Below are positions 16,790-24,746 of a stretch of 64,000 nt of DNA, one piece after another. Below the pieces are notes generated by a model. It worked only from the letters and a program-made list of their open reading frames with translations. It was not told the DNA's origin and did no database searches. The stretch is from Clostridia bacterium (GTDB taxonomy: Bacteria; Bacillota; Clostridia; Christensenellales; Borkfalkiaceae), in contig JAFTTJ010000006.1 in NCBI GenBank assembly GCA_017466825.1, positions 33,368 through 97,367 of the forward strand, read 5' to 3'. Position numbers and translations under genes: made by a program. Position 1 is the stretch's first letter. The number at the start of each line of letters is the position of its first letter.

Positions 16790-18931
16790 ATGGCAAGCGC
16801 GGATTTATTATACGAAACCTTTAATCTTCATTTAAACAAAGCGAAGAGTTGTCAGGCAGGCGGTGATTACGTTACCGCTAAAAAGTATTATATACTTGCC
16901 GCAGAACAAATGTTAAAACTTGCTAAAGAGTCGACGGGGGATTTGCAAAAAGCGAGATATTTGCGCGCGCAAAACGTTTTGGAAGAAGCCAAAAAAATGG
17001 ATACTATCGCTCCAAAACAAGCGGTGTTAAACCCCGCTCCGCAAAGCGACGTTAAGCCGACCGTTCCTGCTCAAAAGGTTTCTTTAGCAGAAGCCTTGGC
17101 AAAACTCAATTCCTTAGTCGGTCTTGAAAACGTAAAAAAGCAAGTCAACGCTTGGGTAGACCAAATCCAAACCTTTAAAAAGAGAAAGGAACGCGGACTA
17201 GTCGTGCCGGAAATTACCTATCACATGGTATTTTCGGGCAATCCCGGTACGGGCAAGACTACGGTTGCGCGTATTATGGCGGAAATTTACTGCGCTCTCG
17301 GCGTGGTAACCGACGGTCAACTCGTTGAAGTTTCTAAACCCGACTTGGTTGCAGGACACGTAGGTCAAACGCCTATTAAAACCCAAGAAGTTCTTAAAAA
17401 AGCGTATGGTGGCGTTCTTTTCGTAGACGAAGCCTACTCACTTTTAAAGGGTGGCGATTTCGGTCAAGAAGCAATCGACACTATGCTTAAATATATGGAA
17501 GACCACAGAGATAACATAGTAGTTATCGTTGCCGGTTACGAAAAGCCTATCGAAAGGTTTATTTCGGCTAACCAAGGTCTTCGTTCACGCTTTAACAACT
17601 TTATCAAGTTTGACGACTATACTCAAGAAGAACTATGCGCAATTTTTGAAGGATTGTGCTCAAAAAATCAATATAAACTCATCCCCGAGTCAAGGACTTT
17701 GGTAAGGGCGTACCTTAAACACATTTACGACAACCGCACGCCCGAATTTGCAAACGGTAGAGAAGTGCGTAACCTTTTTGAAGGTATAGTAACCCGTCAG
17801 TCGAGAAGGGTAAACTTAATACCCAACCCCACCGACGAAGACATGGTTACCATTTTACCCCAAGATTTGGCGTTTAGCGTACCCGTTGAACCCACGCCCG
17901 CGCCCGTTCAGCCCGTTCAACCTGTTCAGCCTGCGCAACCCGTTACCCCCGCTCCCACTCCGAGCGAAAACGGTATAGACGTGATAATTGGCAAAAAGGA
18001 AGAAGAAAAGGTTGAAAAACCGCCTATGCCCGAAGATAAGGTCTTAGAAGAAGGCGTTACTTTCGACAGTGAGTTTAAGTTCGACTGGGATAGTCTTCCT
18101 TGCATAACTTTTGACGACGTCGCAGGGCTTGAAAGCGTAAAAGAAGCGGTAAAAATTAAAGTATTGCTTCCCCTTAAAAACCCCGACGCCTTTAAAGGCT
18201 ACGTCAAAAAGAGTGGCGGTGGACTTTTACTTTACGGCCCTCCGGGCACGGGTAAGACCATGATTGCCGCCGCTATCGCAAACGAAATAGGCGCAAAATT
18301 CTGTTCGGTAAAACCGTCCGACCTTTTGCACCAAGGCGCAGGTCAGTCTGAAAAGGCTATAAGGACGTTGTTTGCGCAAGCGCGGCAGTTTAAGTGCGCG
18401 GTAATTTACTTTGACGAAATGGATTCTATTTCGCCTAAGAATACCCGTTCGCAATACGCAAAGCAACTTCGTTCGGAATTCTTATCACAACTTCAAGGCA
18501 TTGAAAGTTACGGCAAAGATACGGGCAACATCCTATTTTTAATCGCCGCAACCAACAAGCCGTGGGATATTGACAGCGCGTTTGTTAGACCGGGCAGATT
18601 CGGTACGAGAATTTACGTAGGACTTCCCGACGACGACGCGAGAAGATATATCGTCGTAAGCAAAATTGACAAGATTAAAGAGCAAGGCGAAGTTAAAATC
18701 GCCGACGATATCCCCTACGACGATATCGTTGCTAAAACCGAAGGCTATAACGGTTCGGACATAGCAAACCTTATGGACGAAATACAAGAAACTTCTATTA
18801 TTCGTGGCGTTTTAACGGGCGAAAAGTGTATTTTGGCAGAAGATTTTGAAAAAGCATTTGCTAAAATTAAGTCGTCCGTTCAAAAAGACGACATTGAAAA
18901 ACTTATGGCTTGGACGGAAGAAAATAACTAA
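16790..18931 (+). CDS. MIT-like domain / SpoVK-CbbX-type AAA+ / Pro-rich linker / classical (Vps4-katanin-FtsH clade) AAA+ ATPase, 713 aa
   Basis: The N-terminal 70 aa resemble the Vps4 MIT three-helix bundle. AAA1 has Walker A GNPGTGKT and Walker B LFVDEAY. The linker is PVEPTPAPVQPVQPVQPAQPVTPAPTP. AAA2 has GPPGTGKT, IYFDEMD and the SRH ATNKPWDIDSAFVRPGRF. Confidence 0.8.
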   Translation: MASADLLYETFNLHLNKAKSCQAGGDYVTAKKYYILAAEQMLKLAKESTGDLQKARYLRAQNVLEEAKKMDTIAPKQAVLNPAPQSDVKPTVPAQKVSLAEALAKLNSLVGLENVKKQVNAWVDQIQTFKKRKERGLVVPEITYHMVFSGNPGTGKTTVARIMAEIYCALGVVTDGQLVEVSKPDLVAGHVGQTPIKTQEVLKKAYGGVLFVDEAYSLLKGGDFGQEAIDTMLKYMEDHRDNIVVIVAGYEKPIERFISANQGLRSRFNNFIKFDDYTQEELCAIFEGLCSKNQYKLIPESRTLVRAYLKHIYDNRTPEFANGREVRNLFEGIVTRQSRRVNLIPNPTDEDMVTILPQDLAFSVPVEPTPAPVQPVQPVQPAQPVTPAPTPSENGIDVIIGKKEEEKVEKPPMPEDKVLEEGVTFDSEFKFDWDSLPCITFDDVAGLESVKEAVKIKVLLPLKNPDAFKGYVKKSGGGLLLYGPPGTGKTMIAAAIANEIGAKFCSVKPSDLLHQGAGQSEKAIRTLFAQARQFKCAVIYFDEMDSISPKNTRSQYAKQLRSEFLSQLQGIESYGKDTGNILFLIAATNKPWDIDSAFVRPGRFGTRIYVGLPDDDARRYIVVSKIDKIKEQGEVKIADDIPYDDIVAKTEGYNGSDIANLMDEIQETSIIRGVLTGEKCILAEDFEKAFAKIKSSVQKDDIEKLMAWTEENN

Positions 18932-19023
18932 TTTACAACTAATATTAAGGGACGTCCCGTATTTAATTATGCGGGACGTTTCTTGAATAAGGCAAAATTC
19001 GATTTGCCTATATGGAGAAAGGA

Positions 19024-22000
19024 ATGAGCGAACTTAAAACTTTAGAAGTGTGTCTTCAATGTGGCGGTGAACTGCAAGCCGACCCAAGAACGGGTGTGCT
19101 TGAGTGTATTTATTGTCACAGAAAGCACGTTGGGGGAACGGAGAGTTTTAGCGACGATTTAAAGAGAATCGTCGAGCAAAGACAACTTCGCGAATTTATA
19201 AAAGCCGAAGAACTTTGCGAAGAACTCATCAAAAAACAACCGAACAGCCCCGAAGCCCATTGGCAAATGGTGCTTGCTAAACTCGGCGTAGTTTACGTAA
19301 ACGAAGGCGGAGATAGTAAGCCAACCTTTTTTAGCTGTTCGTATAGCGACCGTGAAAGTATTTTAAACGATATCAACTATAAAAAAGCGTTAGACAATGC
19401 AAAAAGTGGAGCGGATAGGCTTTATTACGAAGATAAGGCAAAGGAACTCGACGAACTTTTGCAGGAATTTTTCATGCTCATTAAAAAGGAAAAGAACTAC
19501 GATATTTTTATTTCCTTTAAGCATTTAGAAGAAGTTACCGACGCTCACGGCGCAAAGAGAAAAATCGAAACTAAGGACTGCCGTAAAGCGAGAGAAATTT
19601 ACGAGCAGTTAAAAGATAAATATCACGTATTCTTCTCACCCGTATCAATAGGTCAAGACACGGGTATTCAAGGCGAAAAGTACGAGCCGAGAATTTTAAA
19701 GGCAATTCAGAGTTCGCAAGCAATGATTTTGGTAGGTTTTACCGAAGAAAACATTAAATCGCAATGGGTTGAAAACGAGTGGAGAAGATATAAATATCAA
19801 ATAGATAAGGGCAAGAAACTTAAAAAGTCGCTCATCTACGTTTACGACGAAACCCCCGTCCTTTTCAGACTTCCCGCATTTAGAGATATTCAAATGCCCA
19901 ACGTCGACGTCGACAAGGGTAAATATCTTGAAGAGATTGAAAAGGCGGTAGCCTTCGTAAGTTCGAGTAAGGGCTTAAAATCGGCTCTTTCGGGCAAAAA
20001 GGTAAACGTCGACTTTGAGTCGGAAGAAAACGACTCAATGTTTTCAAATAATATCCGTTCGGTAATTTCTATCGGTGGCTCTGGCGGTAAAGAGCAGATA
20101 AAAATTTCGGCAAATGAAGAGCGTTCTCTTCAATCGGCAGAGTCCGATATGGCGAGAGAGCGTTTTGGCGAAGCCATAAACACCTTTAAGGAAATTATAA
20201 AGAATAACCCCCGTTCTGCGCCTGCGCATTGGGGTTGGTTTAAGGCAAAAATCGGCGCAAAGAGCGATCAACTCGTGCCCGACAAACTTGCATCAGGCAA
20301 ACTTGCGTCAAGCGACTTAAATCTTTTGGATAAGGCTATCGAGTATTCCACCGACGCTGATTTTTCTTGGAGCATTATCGACACTATTATAGAGTGTTTT
20401 AAAAAGCAAAGCGATTGGAATAAGGTTAAGCCCTTATACGGTTTTTTAATCAATTACATAGACGAAAACCGTATCAAAAGATTACTTAAAATATTAGAGC
20501 ATACATGTGAAGTTGCCGTAGCGGACGGTAAACCTAAGGTTAGTGAAGACGTTTTTGAAAACGCTAAAAAGATATTTATAGAAGAAGTTAAGCGTTATAG
20601 TATGCAATTTATGGATACTTACGCTACTAATTTGGCTAAATATGGATATTACGACTACGCGCGTAAATATTTCGAGCAACTAGCGTCTGCAAGGAATTCG
20701 AGTTACGCTTACATAAAATTGCTCGCTTGTAGAATTAAATCTTCTTCAATTGCGCAAGCGGTTATCAAACTCGACAAGCCTAAAAACGAGCCCGAGGAAG
20801 GCGTTGTTAAAAAGGTTTCCGAACTCACGATTGCTGAAATTCTTGAAAGAATAGTCGTTTGCGACAATAAGGAAAACAAGTCCTTACCCGTACTTAAATA
20901 CGACGGAACGGACGGCTATGAGACCGGTTCATTTAAGACCTTGCGCGAGTGTTTAGTTTATCAAGCGCGCTATAATAAAGGCGGTGTGCACGGACTTGTT
21001 GAGATTGTTGCAGGCACGTATAAAGAACTCGGCTCGAAAGAAGCGACTAGAGATATTCTTTTCACCGTCGCTGAAGAACTCGTTCTTTCAAGGAACTTTA
21101 CCGAAGCCGAAATTTGGTATAGAGAAATTTTAGCCGACGATCCCAACGATGCTTTAGCCCATTGGGGTACGCTAAAATGTAGGCTTAAAGCCGTTGATGA
21201 CTACGCCGTTTCAAAACACGGTAAAAAACTTCAGGAAATTCTTGAATATAACAACGCTAAAAACTGCGCCGACAACGAACAATTTGAATATTTTGAAAAA
21301 GTTCGTTACGGCGAAATAGCCCCGCCGAGCGGTGGTGACGGCTCTAATAAAAAAGCGCCCGCAAGGTCTTATGAAGAAGTAAAGACTATTTCAGTTTCGG
21401 AAATTTTATTCGGTACTTTAAAGCTTGCCCTTTATGCGATTATAGCGATATTCTCGCTACTTACCATTTTAGAGCCTAAGGTGATTTTTGCAAATATCCA
21501 CTTCGGCGTTGCAATAGCAGTTTTCGTAGGTTTATGGATAGTCGTGCCGATAGTCCTTTCAAGGCATAAAGGTGGCTCGGGCGACGATCTCGACTCGCAT
21601 ATTTTAAATAATAGAAAGACTTCGGAAAAGGCTATGGTTTGGGCTGTTTCTCTCGTAACTACTTTTATCTTCTGTATAGGTATGTTTACGGCAGGGCATC
21701 GCTCTTACCACCTTACCACCGCAAACGATTTAAACCTTCTTGCTAACCTTCCCAGCGCTAACACGGCAGACTATATCCTTGAAAACGATATCGATTTTGA
21801 AGGTAACGAGTTTGGCGCGTTTGGCAAAATGGGCGAGTTTGAAGGAACTTTCGACGGTCAAGGCTACGTTATTTCAAATTTCGTGGTAAACGCGCAAATC
21901 GGCGAAGTTAGCGATTCTTATCAAGGCGTCAACAAGTACAGTTTTGGTTTTATCACTTCTATTACGAGCGGTGAAATCAAAGACGTAACCTTTGATTCAT

Positions 22001-22467
22001 GCGTGGTAAAAATCGATTATCAAAGAGAAGAACAGAGAAGTTATATCGGTTTTGTAACGGGCGTAAACGGCGGTAGCATTGCTAATTGTCACGTTATAGA
22101 CTGTTATATCGCTTTAAGACCGCAAATCGGCTCGGTTGAAAACTTCTTAGTAGGCGGAATTTCTGCTTGTCTTGGACAAGACGTTTACAGTACGCCTAGC
22201 GTAGACAACGCTACTTACGGAAAGGGAAGTATAACTAATTCGTCCTTCGTATGCGTAAACGACGCCGACGATTTTGACGACGACGACAACTACGCTTATG
22301 CGATTATCATTAGTAAAAAAATTCCCGAGCATCGCTACACCGTAAACGGAATTACTTGCACTAACGCAACGGATGCGCTCGTGGGTACGGTAAGTAATTG
22401 TCAAATTATTACTTTAGATAACGGCAAAGTGTTTGAAGTAAACTTTTTAGGCGAAAAGGAGGATTAA
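19024..22467 (+). CDS. zinc-ribbon / TIR / TPR-like / 3-TM / extracellular GLUG-like beta-helix protein (~1147 aa)
   Basis: N-terminal CxxC...CxxC. TIR_2-like block YDIFISFKH ... SQWVENEW (nt ~19495-19881). Three repeats of the type P..AHW...K.G. Hydrophobic helices at nt ~21400-21700. C-terminal DIDF..N.F....EF.GTFDGQGY.ISN plus G-rich GLUG-like repeats. An alternative ATG lies at 19012. Confidence 0.75.
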   Translation: MSELKTLEVCLQCGGELQADPRTGVLECIYCHRKHVGGTESFSDDLKRIVEQRQLREFIKAEELCEELIKKQPNSPEAHWQMVLAKLGVVYVNEGGDSKPTFFSCSYSDRESILNDINYKKALDNAKSGADRLYYEDKAKELDELLQEFFMLIKKEKNYDIFISFKHLEEVTDAHGAKRKIETKDCRKAREIYEQLKDKYHVFFSPVSIGQDTGIQGEKYEPRILKAIQSSQAMILVGFTEENIKSQWVENEWRRYKYQIDKGKKLKKSLIYVYDETPVLFRLPAFRDIQMPNVDVDKGKYLEEIEKAVAFVSSSKGLKSALSGKKVNVDFESEENDSMFSNNIRSVISIGGSGGKEQIKISANEERSLQSAESDMARERFGEAINTFKEIIKNNPRSAPAHWGWFKAKIGAKSDQLVPDKLASGKLASSDLNLLDKAIEYSTDADFSWSIIDTIIECFKKQSDWNKVKPLYGFLINYIDENRIKRLLKILEHTCEVAVADGKPKVSEDVFENAKKIFIEEVKRYSMQFMDTYATNLAKYGYYDYARKYFEQLASARNSSYAYIKLLACRIKSSSIAQAVIKLDKPKNEPEEGVVKKVSELTIAEILERIVVCDNKENKSLPVLKYDGTDGYETGSFKTLRECLVYQARYNKGGVHGLVEIVAGTYKELGSKEATRDILFTVAEELVLSRNFTEAEIWYREILADDPNDALAHWGTLKCRLKAVDDYAVSKHGKKLQEILEYNNAKNCADNEQFEYFEKVRYGEIAPPSGGDGSNKKAPARSYEEVKTISVSEILFGTLKLALYAIIAIFSLLTILEPKVIFANIHFGVAIAVFVGLWIVVPIVLSRHKGGSGDDLDSHILNNRKTSEKAMVWAVSLVTTFIFCIGMFTAGHRSYHLTTANDLNLLANLPSANTADYILENDIDFEGNEFGAFGKMGEFEGTFDGQGYVISNFVVNAQIGEVSDSYQGVNKYSFGFITSITSGEIKDVTFDSCVVKIDYQREEQRSYIGFVTGVNGGSIANCHVIDCYIALRPQIGSVENFLVGGISACLGQDVYSTPSVDNATYGKGSITNSSFVCVNDADDFDDDDNYAYAIIISKKIPEHRYTVNGITCTNATDALVGTVSNCQIITLDNGKVFEVNFLGEKED

Positions 22468-22468
22468 T

Positions 22469-22993
22469 ATGGTATTAAGAATTTTAAAAGCAACCTTTAA
22501 AATAGTCCTTCTTTTTGCGTTTGCGTTTGCAGTAGCGTTTGGCTTTAATATGGCAATGGATAACCTGCTTTTTAGCGATTTCGATATCTACGGCGTGGCT
22601 TTTATAGTCCCCGTTGAAACGGAATTTGGGTACAATATAATTCGCGCGTTGTTCTTTTTGTTTTACGATACAACGGTAAGATACGTCGTTATTTTAGCCT
22701 TAATTTTAGTTCCGTATTCCTTAATTTCTTTAAATACGGTAGACGAATTTGGCCGTTCTTTTAGCAATACCGTTTTAGCCGACGTTAAGTATTATATCGG
22801 CAAGGTTATCACTTTTGAAAAAGAAGCTTGGTTTTGGGGACTTTGCTTTTTTACAGGTTTCGTACCAATTTTAGCCCCGCTCGTCCTTTGGATAATTCTT
22901 CGCGTTTTATACGCCGTAGTACTTATCGTATTGTCGCCTATTATCTTTATAATAGTGCAGGGGGTTAATGCGGTGCGTGGTAGCGTAGCATAA
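22469..22993 (+). CDS. hypothetical 4-TM membrane protein (174 aa), translationally coupled to the TIR gene
   Basis: The ATG lies 1 nt after the upstream stop. Four long hydrophobic segments. Confidence 0.5.
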   Translation: MVLRILKATFKIVLLFAFAFAVAFGFNMAMDNLLFSDFDIYGVAFIVPVETEFGYNIIRALFFLFYDTTVRYVVILALILVPYSLISLNTVDEFGRSFSNTVLADVKYYIGKVITFEKEAWFWGLCFFTGFVPILAPLVLWIILRVLYAVVLIVLSPIIFIIVQGVNAVRGSVA

Positions 22994-22994
22994 T

Positions 22995-23070
22995 TTAAAG
23001 GCTTATCTACTTCGTTAGCCTACGTTACTGTGTCGCCTTCAAAACCTTGGTGACCAACAAGGTCTACCAA
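22995..23070 (+). repeat. intergenic repeat, A-type copy 1 (shared left end TTTAAAGGCTTAT.TAC.TCG and a covarying hairpin)
   Basis: Begins immediately after the stop codon at 22993. Similar to 35656-35735. The hairpin lies at 23047-23070. Confidence 0.7.
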
Positions 23071-23200
23071 AATAAAGGCTAAATTTCCTTAATATTAAAA
23101 AGGGCGACTGTAACGGCTTACAAGCCAAAAAGTCGTCCTTTTTTAATTCAAATAATATACGGCTTTTGCCATAACAACTCTTTATTTAGGAGAAAAACAC

Positions 23201-24103
23201 TTGAAAAATAAACTAATAACGACTATTTGTATATTAGTCGCCTTAACCCTATCTATTTTGGCGTTTGCGCCGTTTGACTGTGGTAAGTTGGACGGCTCTA
23301 ATTGGATGAGTCGATTAAATAGAGATTTAGAATTAAATCAAGTTTCTATTCCCGGCTCGCACGATTCGGGCGCAACCCATTCAATCGGCGACGTTGCAGG
23401 TAAATGCCAATCGCTTAGCGTTGGCGAGCAACTTAAAATCGGCGTAAGGTTTTTTGATATAAGGTTGCAACAAAGAAAGGGCGTTTTGCATCTCGTTCAC
23501 AGTTTCGTTGACCAAAACTTGCGTTTTGATGACGTCGTAAGCGAGTTTAGCGCCTTTTTAGACCAAAACCCCACGGAATTTTTGTTAATTTCTATTAAGG
23601 AAGACGCCGACCCCGTCGGCTCTACCGTAGATTTTGCAACCGCCGTAAAAACAGCCCTTGAGAAGAGAAAAGAAAGGGTAAATTTCGGCAATTCCTTGCC
23701 TAGCACGGTTGGTCAGGCACGGGGCAAAATGCATATTCTTTCAAGATTTAACGGTGATTTTGGGTTTGCGGTACATAGTGGTTGGCGAGATTCGACTAGT
23801 TTTGAAGTAAACGGCGCTTTCGTGCAAGACAACTACTGCATTTCGGACGAAAACGCTAAGATAAACGATATTATAGCCTGCTTTAAAGAGAGCGCTACTC
23901 AAAAGCACGTTCTTACCTTAAACTTTACGAGTTGTTACTTTGACTATGGTTTTCCGCCACTTTATGCAGGCTCTACGGCTAAAATTATCAACGCTTGGCT
24001 ACTTGAAAATTTAGACTCTCATAAAGGTTGTCTTGGGTTGGTAATAAGCGATTTCGTCACGAGCGAACTCGTCCAAAAGGTGTATAGGAGAAATTATTTA
24101 TGA
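23201..24103 (+). CDS. secreted phosphatidylinositol-specific phospholipase C X-domain protein
   Basis: Signal peptide, then IPGSHDSGA and RFFDIRL motifs like bacterial PI-PLC (PlcA type). TTG start after AGGAG. Confidence 0.7.
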   Translation: MKNKLITTICILVALTLSILAFAPFDCGKLDGSNWMSRLNRDLELNQVSIPGSHDSGATHSIGDVAGKCQSLSVGEQLKIGVRFFDIRLQQRKGVLHLVHSFVDQNLRFDDVVSEFSAFLDQNPTEFLLISIKEDADPVGSTVDFATAVKTALEKRKERVNFGNSLPSTVGQARGKMHILSRFNGDFGFAVHSGWRDSTSFEVNGAFVQDNYCISDENAKINDIIACFKESATQKHVLTLNFTSCYFDYGFPPLYAGSTAKIINAWLLENLDSHKGCLGLVISDFVTSELVQKVYRRNYL

Positions 24104-24480
24104 AAAAATTTAGCGATATAATTTGCGCCGTTTTGGCAGTGGTAACCATAATAATTTTTGCGCTCTTTTTAGTAATTGAAGGGCGAATACTCTTTTCGGG
24201 CGATTGGCTTTTACACGAAAATAAGGTCCTTGCCTTTTTGCAATATTTTTTAAAAACGGCGTTCAGTCTTTTTGCAATATTTACGGGCGTAGCCGTATTC
24301 ATTAAAAATTTTCAAGGCGTAATAGGGCTTTTATGCGACTGTCTAGTAGTCGTAGCCTTACCTGCGTTCTTGTTTTTGAGCAACGGTTTTGGTCTTTATA
24401 TACTAATACTTGTGGTATCGCTTGAACTTGCCGTAAAGTTTAAAACTCTAAACGCCGAAGACGAAAATTTGGCGCAGTAA
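24100..24480 (+). CDS. hypothetical 4-TM membrane protein (126 aa)
   Basis: Start overlaps the PI-PLC stop (ATGA). Hydrophobic throughout. Confidence 0.5.
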   Translation: MKKFSDIICAVLAVVTIIIFALFLVIEGRILFSGDWLLHENKVLAFLQYFLKTAFSLFAIFTGVAVFIKNFQGVIGLLCDCLVVVALPAFLFLSNGFGLYILILVVSLELAVKFKTLNAEDENLAQ

Positions 24481-24527
24481 CTTAAAAAGATAGCCCCTGC
24501 GGTTTAACCGCAGGGGCTTTACAATAT

Positions 24528-24746
24528 TTAAAGGCTTATATACATCGCAAAAGTGCGTTACTGCATTAAAGTCTAAACCGCGTCGCAAATCGGCTAAAAA
24601 TCAAACGGCAACCAAAGGTAGCCGTTTAGACCTAAAAGCCGTTTGCTCCTTTCCCCGAAAATTCTTTTACAGAGCAAAATTATTTTCGGGATGATATTAA
24701 AGCATACCGTAGGGGAATGCTTCTCCTGTCAAACCAAGGTTTGTTT
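24528..24746 (+). repeat. intergenic repeat, B-type copy 1 (~220 bp, two long imperfect hairpins)
   Basis: Roughly 90 percent identical by eye to 35770-35995. Hairpins at 24591-24641 and 24654-24690. Confidence 0.8.
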
